The position numbers and the translations under genes were made by a program. A stretch of DNA of 64,000 nucleotides, taken from positions 28,086,001 through 28,150,000 of the forward strand of contig NC_083289.1 of the NCBI RefSeq assembly GCF_963506605.1, in the 5' to 3' direction. Position 1 is the first letter of the stretch, and every line of letters starts with the position of its first letter. The DNA is from Zootoca vivipara. Its lineage: Eukaryota. This document shows, piece by piece, positions 13,250 through 24,981 of this stretch. Below the pieces are notes generated by a model that was given only the letters and a program-made list of their open reading frames with translations, had not been told where the DNA came from and ran no database searches.

Positions 13250-15120
13250 AATGGGGGTCCAATCCGTGGACCCTCTCCCCCGTTTCATAAGGGGGCGGGG
13301 AAGTGGTCCGGGAAAACTTTCTCGGGGCAGCCGGGCCGTCGCTTCTGTCGGGAAGGCCACGTCCACGCCGACTTCTTCCTGGCCCCCCAGAGAAGCTCAG
13401 TTGGCCGCCCAGGCTCGTCTGGCAGGCAGGGTGACTCACTCCTCCCCTCGCCGCGGTTAAAGCCGGAAAGCCGGAGGAGACGGCGAGGGAGGAAAACAAG
13501 CCACGCCAAAGAGGGGAGGTTGCCCTTGGGGGTTCCTGCCGCCGACAGGCCCGGCTCAAGACGGCCTCGGGAATGTGCCATGCCCCGAGTGCGCATCGCT
13601 CGGGGAGGCCGGCAAGGGCCAGGCGCAACCTGCGCCGCCTCCCGGGGACCCCAGACTACTCGGCTTCAAGCGTCACTGCCGCGCCGTCGGGAAAGACCTG
13701 GCCGAGCCCTTCTCCAGTCAGGGCCGTCGGGGAAGCTTCCCTCGGGAAGGGCCCAGGCGGGCCGGGACGAGCGAGAAAAACCCAGTCCCGTCGCCTCCAG
13801 GGGGACGGGCAGCAGCAGCAACAGGGCGGACGGACCGACTGCTAGATAGCTCGCTTCCTCTCCCCCCCCCCGCCCCTGCCCGAAACACCGGCCGCTGCCT
13901 TACCGGGCCGCCGGCTGCTCCTCTCCTCCGAAGGGCTCCCGCGTCTGGCAGCGCCCGCCTGACCCGTCTGGCCCCTTTATGGGCGGCGGCAGGAGCAGCG
14001 TCACCTAGACGGGAGGGAAGGACCGGGAAGCCCAGCCCGGAGGAGCCCCCGCCCCGCGGGCAGCAGCAGGAGGCGGAGGCGCAGCGCTTGTTTACTCCCA
14101 GGAACCGCCGGACGGACCGGAGAGGGGGCGGCCCTCTACGGCTCCTCCTCCCGACAAGGGGCACCGAGAGCGCAGGCGAAAAGGCAGGCAGGGAAGCAGG
14201 CGGGCGCCCCCGGATGCCGTCACTCCCGACTGCAGCAGCGAGCAAGAGAGGCGGGCCTTCTTTGGGCCCCTTGCCCGAAAGGAGGAAGCGCCCCCCGGGC
14301 GGGCAGGGAAAGGGAACCTGGAAGCGCCTTTGGGCCGCCCCATCTGCCAGCAGGCACGGCGATTCCAAGGCCGGCCCTCCGCCTGTGCCAAGGCTGCGGC
14401 TTGGCCCGAGCGCTTCCTGTGCATGAAGCGAGTGAGCGATGCTCTCCGGGGCGCTGAGCAGCTGGCCTCAGGGCACCTGAGCAGGTCACCGGAATCCTGC
14501 GCAGCAGCAGCGCCGGCCTCGGCCGCCGATTTTGTGTGCCCTGCGACTCTGCGAGGGCAGCTATTTGTTACTTTTATGCTTTTACTGCCAGGGAGGGGAC
14601 GAAGTGCTTGTGCCAAAACAACTTGGCTGCCCTGGGCTCGCTTATCCCCCCCAGAGCAAGAGAGGCGGGCCTTCTTTGGGCCCCTTGCCCGAAAGGAGGA
14701 AGCGCCCCCCGGGCGGGCAGGGAAAGGGAACCTGGAAGCGCCTTTGGGCCGCCCCATCTGCCAGCAGGCACGGCGATTCCAAGGCCGGCCCTCCGCCTGT
14801 GCCAAGGCTGCGGCTTGGCCCGAGCGCTTCCTGTGCATGAAGCGAGTGAGCGATGCTCTCCGGGGCGCTGAGCAGCTGGCCTCAGGGCACCTGAGCAGGT
14901 CACCGGAATCCTGCGCAGCAGCAGCGCCGGCCTCGGCCGCCGATTTTGTGTGCCCTGCGACTCTGCGAGGGCAGCTATTTGTTACTTTTATGCTTTTACT
15001 GCCAGGGAGGGGACGAAGTGCTTGTGCCAAAACAACTTGGCTGCCCTGGGCTCGCTTATCCCCCCAGAACGTCAGACGAGCCCTGCTGTGTCAGATCAGA
15101 CCCCCCCCCCCCATCTAGCC
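13250..15120 (-). promoter_or_regulatory. CpG island, probable FURIN promoter with non-coding first exon(s)
   Basis: Very GC/CpG-rich, 3-5 kb upstream of the first coding exon. Minus-strand donor candidates CCG|gtaagg (exon end 13904) and GA|gtgagt (exon end 13440). CATAAA box on the minus strand near 13976-13981. Confidence 0.7.
14240..15066. repeat. Head-to-tail tandem duplication, 2 x ~414 bp
   Basis: 14240-14653 and 14654-15066 look identical by eye apart from a C7 vs C6 run at the unit end. Confidence 0.95.
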
Positions 15121-16361
15121 CAGCAGGTGAACCATCTTTCCTCTTCCTCCCTTGGCAGGTACCGGTATCTGCCCGTTCCTTCCCCATCCGGTCCCCTCTG
15201 GTTCGTCTTCCTTCAACCAGAAATCAAACGGGTGGGAGAGGGAAGCTCAATTGCACTTCTCATGGCTCCACGTTCTTGTTAACTTTCAGACCTCCGTGGA
15301 TTTTCTAGTTTGAAGTGTCAACAGTTAATTTGTGCCTAGTTGGCACCTCTAGAGCTGCCAGCACGAGGGACCCCCCCCTCGTTATGGCCGCCACCCCCCG
15401 CGGGTGGGCAAGCAGAGAGATGCTCCAGAGATGGTGGAGGGTGGCGGGCTCATCGGGCATCCGCTCAAATACAGCGTCTGTCTGTGGCCTAAAATGTGAT
15501 GTCCAGAAGCAAAGCACAGAGTTCTAAGGGGAAAGTGGGACAGAGTAGAGAGCTGGTTTCTGCTGGGAGTCAGTGCTAGTCCTGTTGCGCTGGAGGGAAG
15601 GGGGCCAAAGAGTCCTAGCCCTCCTCCCTTGCAAAGCTGGCAGGCCTGAGAAAATGAAGGTGGCTGCAGTCCTAGGCTTATAGAATCATAGAGTTGGAAG
15701 AGACCACAAGGGCCATCCAGTCCAACCCCCTGCCAAGTAGGAAACACCATCAAAGCATTCCTGACAGATGGCTTAGTTTATGTTCATAATTTATATCCTG
15801 CATCTTCAGCATTCCCAGAATGCTAAGGGACTAGTAAGAATCAAAAAGCACAATTTAAAGAAAGCATTTGAAAGTAAAACACCAAAATAATTCAACATAC
15901 TGAAAAAACAACTGTCAGTTTAAATCAGGGGTGTCAAACTCAAATTCATCGGGGGCTGCATCAGCAATTTGGTCACCCTCAAAGGGCCTGTTGTATCTGT
16001 ATGTGTCCACTCTTTATTATCATAAATTATTGTCACTGCATTCAATTATTACTGTTTTTTGTAATAATGTAAGTAATAACTAGCTCTGAAAGCAGAAACA
16101 TAGTCAGAATAATGGCAAGTAGATATTCAAATGTACAATTATTGTACAATTTATTGAAAAATGATTTTTGGTAACTGCACTGGGTGGTGGAGGCTCGCTA
16201 GGGTTTCATGCAGGACCTTTGCAGAGCTACTAGTACCTGGAGATGCTGGGGTCCTTCTGCATCCAGGACAGATGTTCTGCCAGTGAGCCACCACCCTCTG
16301 AGGTTGACTCACTGAAGCTGCTCTCCTGGCTCCAAGGTTTAAGGGCCAGAAGTATAAAGCA

Positions 16362-16504
16362 NNNNNNNNNNNNNNNNNNNNNNNNNNNNNNNNNNNNNNN
16401 NNNNNNNNNNNNNNNNNNNNNNNNNNNNNNNNNNNNNNNNNNNNNNNNNNNNNNNNNNNNNNNNNNNNNNNNNNNNNNNNNNNNNNNNNNNNNNNNNNNN
16501 NNNN
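16362..16504. other. Assembly gap (N run)
   Basis: Run of N. Confidence 1.
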
Positions 16505-16870
16505 TAGGAAATAAGGAAGAGAATAAAGAAGGAAAGAAAAAGAAAGAGGGAGAGAAGACGGAAAGGGAGAAAGAAGGAAGGAAGTAGAGGGAAAGAAAGA
16601 ATAAGAATGAGGGAGAGGAAGAAAGTTGGGAAGGACGGAAGGAAGAAAGGAAGAAAGTAAGGAAGAAAGGAAGGAAGAAAGAAAGAAAGAAAAGAGGGAG
16701 CAGGAGGGAGAGAGGAAGGAAAGAGGTGAGAGAAAGAAGAATAGGAAAGAAGGAATAAAGAAGGAAAGAAAAAGAAAGAGGGAGAGAAGACAGAGATAAA
16801 GAAGGAAGGAAGGAGAGGGAAAGAAAGAATAAGAACGAGAGAGAGGAAGAAAGAAAGAAAGGGAAGGGGG
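16505..16870. repeat. GA-rich low-complexity tract
   Basis: Almost purine-only (GAAA/GGAA/GAGA units) with an internally repeated block (gaataaagaaggaaagaaaaagaaagagggagagaagac near 16521 and 16753). Confidence 0.9.
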
Positions 16871-19800
16871 GGTCGCCGCCTTGATTCAGCGCCAGAAAAG
16901 AGCGCGAAGGGACCCAGGGGCAAAAAGCATTTCCCCGGCCCCAGCTGTTTGTCGGCGCTTTGTTGACGCGGCGCTTCAGCAGCAAGGTCCCACTGCTGGG
17001 TCCCGCTGGCTGGGGCGCTCGGCGGGCCACATGACGAGGTCTGGCGGGCCGGATTTGGCCCCCGGGCCTTGTGTTTGACACCCGTGGTTTAAATAGATGG
17101 TAAAATCAAACACTTCTGCCACCTCCAATGCGCCAGCCCAAATGAGAATCAGATCCTACCAGTGTTCTTAACTGGAGTTGTGATGCTGTTTTATATTGTT
17201 TTGGTTGATCTGCTGTATGTACTGTATTTTGCATTTGTTGCATCATGCTTTTACAATATATGTTAATGTTGTAGCAGTCTAGGAAAACCAACATGCTTTT
17301 TGCCAGTTCTCTAAATGACAGCAATGAGGTATCCATGTGAACCACCATGGGGAAGGTCTTCCAAAGTGAGAAGCCACCACAGAAAAGGCTCTTCCCTGTT
17401 GCCATTTGCCACATTTTGGGTGGTGGAGGCACCCAGGGAAAGGCCTCAGGTGCCCATCTCAGTGGGCGGATGGATTGATACAGGTAAAGGTGGTCCAACA
17501 AATGACTGGGTTCTGATAAGACATGTCAGGGTTTAAAGAGCCCTTTGAATTGGGCTCAGAAACTCACTGGGAGCTGTTTCTTTTTTCTTTTTTCTAAAAT
17601 TCAATCTTTATTCAACAAAAATTAGAAAATTGCACAAACACACACACAAGGGAATAAATATAATAACACAAATACACACTTAAGTCACCCAACATAAATT
17701 AACAAACATAAATTAATATGTAAACAAATTCAACCAAAAATAATTGAAACTTGTTGGGCAAATTAAATCATTTAAACAATAAATAGTAAACAATATCAAA
17801 TTAAACATAACATAACATATCCCCAAAGAATTTTATGAAATATAAACATGTAAACATAAAATCTATTCATTATAATTTAAAATTGGGAACTGTTTCAATA
17901 CCGGAAAGGTTTGCATTCTTTGCTCATTTCCTGTCAGCAATCCAAGCAGCAGGGGCGTTCCAAACTATCTTCAATGGCAGCCCCATGCATATTGCAGTAA
18001 TCAAACCACAGCCAGGGGGCATGGACAGCTCTGACTAACTACCTTGTCCAGGGTGGGTTGCCATTAGTGTATTGGCCTTGGCTGATAGGCAGCCGTTTGT
18101 GCCACCGAGGCTACTTGAGCCTCAAGAAACAAACAACAATCTCTGACTATGCACCTTATCACTTAGATAGTGCTTTCAAAGGGGCTTCGGTTTATTGTGA
18201 GGACATGCAAAGCGCCTTTCAAAGCACATTGCGGGCACAGCTGATGGGTGGCGCCTGCAAGCCCTCTTGTGTCTGATCCAAGTTGCTGCCTGCCCCCTCC
18301 TACCTAACACAGTATATGATGGTACACCAAGCTATGGCCCTTCCTGGTATCTTAAAACATGGACACGTCACAGGCAGACACCGCAGCATTGCAGCCTTAT
18401 TCTGTCAGATCTCTTTCCTAATCACTCTTAAGATCACTGAGCTTTAACTGGGATGGGCTCAGAAGCTAGACCTCTGCAGCCACAACCAAGAAACTACCAT
18501 GACTCTTACTTCCATCACCCAGAGGTGATAGACACCCTCAGACTCCAGGAGGCATGTTACGTGAGCTTCTCAGTGCACAGGAAATCAAGCAGGTAGCTTT
18601 GCTGTCACTAAAATACCAAGCAGGCAGGAAACCTCTTACATTAACCAGAATTGGGGTCATCTTAGTTACTGGAAATCACTGATAATTTTGTTTCATAACC
18701 GAAATGCTGATTCAAGGTGGTTTTCAGGGGGAAACAGAGATATGCATCTGAAACCCAAGAGGTCCCAGGATTTCCTGCTAATGAAGCAAGTTCTCAGTGT
18801 GCAGAAAGCAGGCCCTGCTAAGCACGGCTCACCTGCTTCCCACCCCATATTCTGGACATGGTCCTTCCTAAAGCTGGCAAGGAGGCACCCCTTCTCTCCC
18901 CCCCCCCAAAAAAGAGGCAGCAGCATCCATTACCCCACCACTGAAAAGCTATTGGCTCTTGCACGTTCTCCACATATTGGTAGCAAAGGCTATAAACAGT
19001 CCCAGTATTTGGGCCCTCCTGCAGAAAGCAATCACACAGGCAGGCATCCCCTGAAAAGAACTGCTTAGCTCATCCACAAATGCCACACTGAGCCTCACTA
19101 GGTGGCCTTGATCATGATGCTATCAGCTTGGTACTTCATCTGTAAAATGAGAGCAATGGTGAAGCCATCTTTGAATTTGCAAACTGAATTTTGGACAACT
19201 GGCAGCAAAGTACTTTACAAATTCAAAGCGCTCTAAGACTGATTAAAAAGGAGCAGCTAGTGAATTCCTCTGCTTACCACCGATTATTGAATAGGTACAA
19301 GGAAAGGACTACGGAACAGCGTACTGAGAAAGAAAACCCCACAGGACGCCACACTGCCGACATCCTGCACATTCCCAGGCAAACCTGAACAAGATGTCTG
19401 CACACCTCTGCGTGCTCTCAGGTGCTCAGGTTTCAGCTTCCCTGGCCAAAAGTTCCCTCTGTGGCATCATCATCCCTGCACTTTGGTAGCTGCCAGCTGA
19501 TTTTGCTGAAGTAGACGCCTGGCTCAGCGCTCAGCCTGACTTGAGGGAATAATGCCTCCTTGTGGAGAAATAGCTGAGAAGGAGGATTTTCTTCTTCTTC
19601 ATTTAATAATGTATGTAAAACAAAACTGTAACAGACACACAGAATGAGTACAGCTGCAAATGGAATAAAATAACAAAGTTCAAGTAAAGACTATCAGCGT
19701 TATCGGATGAGAAGTTCCAGTAAAGCTGAGTCAGATTTGTCATGCTTGTGATAAGGGTTGCTGGGATGCTGAGCTGAAGAGCAGCATGAAAAGATGCAGG

Positions 19801-20340
19801 ATTATCCCAGGGTCCAAACCCTGCCATGGCTAACCCTTCCCCTTCTCATCACAAGGCTACAGGGTTGAGGGACAAACTCTGCCTACATGAATTCTGAAAG
19901 GCAATTTCTCAGATTCCCTTTGCTCAGTCTTCTCTACTGCTTCATGAACACACAAAATCTCCACAGAAGTGGAAGCTCATTCATTTCAGTGAAACCTACC
20001 AGGATGTATAAGAAGATGAGAGGCCCCACTCATATCTTCACCAAGTTTGTGAATTGCAGCTTTGCTTGAGTGTTAAAGCTTGAACCTTGGCAGAAGAGCT
20101 TGATGTATGGATCTGCCAATGTGTGTAAGTGTCTGAGATAGTTACAACCACTTTGACCACACTCACCACTGGCACTTGAAGAACCCAGTGAAAAGGCAAT
20201 ACAGTCCTCAGGCCACAAAAGACTAACCACCTCAGCTCCAGAGCCACCTTTTCCAACTTGGCATCTTCCAGGTCTTTTGGCCTGTCATTCCCATCATCCT
20301 TGGACCATTGTTCATGCTGCCTGGGCCTAACTGGAGCTAT

Positions 20341-20344
<4 letters not shown>

Positions 20345-20382
<38 letters not shown>
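20345..20382. repeat. (CA)n microsatellite
   Basis: Direct observation. Confidence 0.95.
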
Positions 20383-20384
<2 letters not shown>

Positions 20385-23300
20385 AGGAAGGCACCAGGGG
20401 AAGCCAGTTCTAGAGAGTCAAACAGACAGTTTTCTCCCTCACACAATATTAGAACTCTCTGGGCCATCCAACGGAGCTGAACATTAAGAGATTGAGTACC
20501 ACTTCATACTGTTAAACATACTTAAACACACACACAAGAGGTAGTGATGGTCACTAACCTGGATGGCTCTAAGAGATTAGATACATTCACGGAAGATAGG
20601 GTCACCAACTGGCTACTAGCCACAGTGGCTCTTTTACCTCCAGTACCAGAGGTAGTGTGCCTCTGAATACCAGTTGATGGGATGATGTCCTGCTAGCAGG
20701 CTTTCTAGAGGCACCTGGCTGGCCACTATGGGAACTGGCTTCCGGACTAGATGGGGCCTCTTTCGTCAGATACAGTCAGCCTCTTCCATACAAACAGGAG
20801 TGACTGCCATGCGGGGCACGACATAGGGGAGCAAACACTGGAAGGAGCAACTTCCACAGAGATCTTTGCCCCATGGCCAGAAGCCAAATTGCACAAAACA
20901 TCAAAGGGTCAGATTTGGAATCCAACAGTGAACAGAACAGGAACCAGACACTAGGAACCCTGAGGTGGGAGCCAGCAGAGCACCATCTATGGGGGACCCA
21001 GTACAAAATGGTAACCCAGGCCACCACCTCCCACTGGCATACCACAACCCAATCCCTACATTCAGGAAAGAAAGCCAGGAAGGAAAGAAAGCCATTTTTT
21101 AATTGTTTTACTTTTCTTACATTACACTGGGGCTTTTCTGCCATGCCTCCAACCACCACCCGTACCCACGATTTTTAATAAACATTCAGTCTAAAGAAGA
21201 GTCCAACAAAACTAACTATATAATAACTTTCAATTGTCCTAATAAAAACAATGTCCTGTTGTTCTGATCCAATGCAGCAGCACACACTTCATAAACACTT
21301 TACACCTTAATTTTTCTGGACTTTTCAATTGCAAAATCACGTATCATCCCCCTAAAGTTTATTTATCTTGCCAGTTTACTCTCATACGACAATGCACATA
21401 AAATAGCCAGGTGGCCTAACTGTTCCTGCCTAGTGTGTGGTTTGAACTAGACATTCCCCAAACACATACCGCTACTTTGGACTTGTCAATCTGCCCAGCA
21501 GTGCTGGCTCTGTCCCTGGGATGAATGTCCTTGATTATTATGCTTTGCCCCTTCCACAAACTTGTACCTTCTTCCTTGTGCACAACGAAGTCTGGATCAG
21601 GCCAAAAGGGGCCCATCTGGTCCAGCATTTTGTTCTCACAATGGCCAGGCATATGCCTGTGGGAAGCCCGGAAGCAGGACCACAGCACAAGAGCCCTCTC
21701 CCCACCTGTGGTTTCCAGCAACTGGTATTCAGAAACATTACTGTCTCTGGCTGTGTAGGCAAAACAGAGTTTGTTATAAAGGGAAAGGCAAATAGTGTTC
21801 TCTCTCAAAAAGCATGTCCTAATTTAACTACCCAAGCTTACTCTCAGAGATAGGGAAGGGCCTGGCCCCACAACTCACTGTTCATAATGTTGTTTGTCCT
21901 GCTCTTACACAGCTTCTGATTGGCTTCAACAAATTTCACAAGATATCTAGACAATAGTGGCACAGATAATGTCCATAAATATCCTCAAGCATAATCTACA
22001 ATTTAGCCTCCATTTCTTTTCCTTGCAGCAATGGGATTGTAGCCTAACCTGCCTCCATCACAGATCTCTGGACCCTAATAAACTCTACCATTTCCCCTAA
22101 CTGACCCTCTAATATTTGGGCCTGAAATGAAGGGGAGTGAGGCATGTAAGGAGTGAGGTAAAAGATGCTGGGAGACTGAGAGACTATGGAGCAAGCTCCC
22201 AGGCCACAACAAGACCCCCAACCAGGAAAACCTAACCTCGCATCTCCACATCAGGAATTGGTGGTTCTGCAAGTGTGGAAGAGCAATGTGATATTCACAT
22301 GTCAAGTGACCTGAAGATACACAGCCATTATGCTGGTGGAACAGCTGCTCTAACAAGTGCTCAGCTGGGAGAGAAAGCCCAACTCCAAAAAATGCAAAAG
22401 CAGTGTTAAAAGAACAGGCACCCCTATCATCCCTGACACAGCGCACCAACCAGAGAGGATGGCTTAGTCTCCATGTGACATGAAGGCATACCATAGCTTT
22501 GCATGAACAAGAGAGCATGCAAGTGAGTGCATGAAGCAAAACTCCCAGCTGCTTCACTCCTCCCTTCATCCTGCCGCCGCTATCATGTTACCCTGATTGA
22601 GACCATAGTTGATTAAGCATTAAACCATAAGCTCAGGTTCAGATGTATCTCCCAGTGGCTACGGCCAGTGTTAGAAACTGAAATATGAAAGCTAGGAGCT
22701 GAATGGCACCTTAAACCTAGGTTATGGGCGCAACAACGGAATGTCTAGGCACGCTTTTTTATAACAAGAATGCAAAGCTGAAAATGAATGAACTGCAGTT
22801 AAAAAATTATATTATGTTAATTTTTGACATGGTCTAGTCCTTCCCCTGTCCACCCCTCTAATACTCTTAAGAGGGTCTCTTCTTCAGTCTTCAAATAGTA
22901 GCTGAAAGTGGGGATGCAGAAAAAGGTCCTCCTTTGCTTCCACTCTGCAGTTTTAATCTGAAATCTTAGGCACAGTACTGCACCAAGCTCAGAAACTGCT
23001 CACGCTGATGAAATTCCGTCGCAAAATGCGCCTAGAACAATGGGAGTTTTCAACATTGGCTACAGCAGTACCAAGTGAAGGAACTCTGTGGTTTAGTCCA
23101 CAAAGCAGAAACAAACAAGTTCAGGATGTTGCTGATTCTAATCCACCTGGGGGAATTTTCATCAGTTGAAAAGGATGTTGTCAGCACAGCTATGGAGAAA
23201 CATGAGCAAATGCACACACTGGTTCCTGTGGAAATTCAATTACCCCCAAGGGAAAGCATTATGTATGGCAGATGCTGGTTGGGAAGGTCTGGCATGTCCC

Positions 23301-24479
23301 CATGGTCCCTCAGGAGGCAACATGGCACCAGGGTGGGACTCCACATGACACCCTGGTCCACAAATGTGTCTCAAGGGAAGTGGAACTCAGGAGTCAAGCG
23401 GGAAATGAGTACAACAGCACTAACCCAACTTGTGTGCCCAAACAGGTGGTGTCCAGAGGCATGTTGTCACCAATACTAAAGGTAGTACAGAGCCATTATG
23501 GCTTGTAGCCAATGGACTTAGTCTCTGTATAGTTTAATAAGATGCTGATCAGGAGAGACCTAGGGGATTTACAGTAAGTGTGCAGGGTTACATTAAATGA
23601 ATTCCATCCTTTGGAACTAAAGCAGATTGCTGAGAAGTTCTGTGTATCATGTCTGAGAAACCCTGCAGAACAGGTGAGGTGCCTCAGGACTGGGAACAGG
23701 CAGCTGTTGCTCCGAACCTGATCCCTCAAAGGGACCCTGTCCAGTCAGTCCCTGCTGACTCCTCCTCTGCAGACCGTTTCCCCATCCACACTACCATCAC
23801 CTCACCTGGATTAAGTTTCAGCTTGTTTGTCCTGGCCCATACCACAACTTCCTCTTCCAGATGGCCTCTCTGGAACCAAGAAGTGGAAAACAGAGGCAGA
23901 GAAAGTTATATGCACACTGATGACGTTGCAGCCCAAACCTAAGTCACAAGTAACAATAGTTCCGCTTTGCTCTGCCCTCAGACCACACCTGGGGCTATGG
24001 AGGATATGCAGACAGACTGCAGCAGGTTTAGAAGAGAGCAAGAAACATGCTCTGAGATGTATAGGGAAGAAGCCCTATGCGGGAATGTTGAAGAGATTGG
24101 GCATGTTTAGGCTGGAAAACAAAATGGATGGGGAACATGACTGCACTCCTCAGGGAGGGCAGAAATGCATGTAATGGGGATAAAGGGGAGGTTTCAGTTT
24201 AACACTAGGAATAACTTAGAGCAGAGACAAAAGAACCACTGGCTGTGGAAGGGATCACTGGGTGGGTGAGCTCCTCTCCCTTCATGTAAGTATTGGGTGG
24301 GCAACCACCTGCTGGAGCTTCTACGGTAGTTCGAGGAGTGGGTCGAAACTCATGGCCAACACACACCTCTCTTATTTTTCTAACCCAGATCTTATTAGTG
24401 GCTTTATTTAAAGAAGTATCAAAGCGGTTTCACAATTTAATTTAATACTATTATTTAATAGCCTTGCAAATACAGAAGC

Positions 24480-24981
24480 AAAAAGTGCTCATAGTTCGGC
24501 CCCGCCCCCCGCCCTCAAGAAGGCTGGACTGGTTGAGAGTGGCTCACGACACCCCTGCAGTGCAGGCCAAGATTAATACTGGCCTGGAGGGCGAAGGGGC
24601 TTCTTTCAGGAAAACGAAGCGGGGGCAGGAAGCTGAAAAATGGGCCACAAGACGAGGGGAAGCGGGGGAGGCAGGAGAGGAAGGCGCTGCTCAGCAAGAC
24701 CGTTTTTCCCCGGTGTGTAGGCGGAGCGATTACGGCCACACGGGTACGTAGAGCCAGGGGCGGCGCTTAAAGAGCGTCGAACAGGCTACAGCGGAAGCTG
24801 TCGGGCGACAGAGGAAGTGACGTCTAAACTTGTGTGCTGACATGCGTAGTGGCATCTAACCTGGCTTCCGATTCCGGTTTGTTCTGGACAGAGCTTCCGG
24901 CTAGAGCTTGGCGTCTGTATTTGTGTGCCTGGTTCAGTGGGGGCTCCTTTCGCCAGACCCAGAGGAGGAGACACCGCCGCC
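24480..24981 (+). promoter_or_regulatory. MFAP1 CpG promoter with overlapping ETS-CRE motif
   Basis: GGAAGTGACGT at 24813-24823, further CGGAAG/CTTCCG sites and a GC box, upstream of a strong Kozak ATG (gccgccATG, 24982). Confidence 0.65.

Larger units (their letters stand above)
15926..17086. mobile_element. Non-autonomous hAT (Charlie-like) element spanning an assembly gap
   Basis: Termini caggggtgtcaaac / gtttgacacccgtg; perfect 8-bp TSD gtttaaat; contains the N gap and a GA-rich tract. Confidence 0.8.

Noticed and set aside
13188-15308. Many long overlapping ORFs (up to 312 aa), some internally repeated
   Set aside because: Expected in a stop-poor CpG island. The repetition comes from the 414-bp (138-codon) duplication, and there is no recognisable domain.
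16230-17081. 283-aa and 194-aa F/L/S-rich 'membrane' ORFs
   Set aside because: Translation of the GA-rich tract and the N gap inside a transposon.
19278-19384. Exon-like segment on the minus strand (cag..|gtaagc)
   Set aside because: No recognisable protein similarity or partner exons; cannot be supported without RNA data.
23004-23136. Possible C/D snoRNA (TGATGA..CTGA)
   Set aside because: No terminal stem, not in a host intron, and the motifs are short enough to occur by chance.
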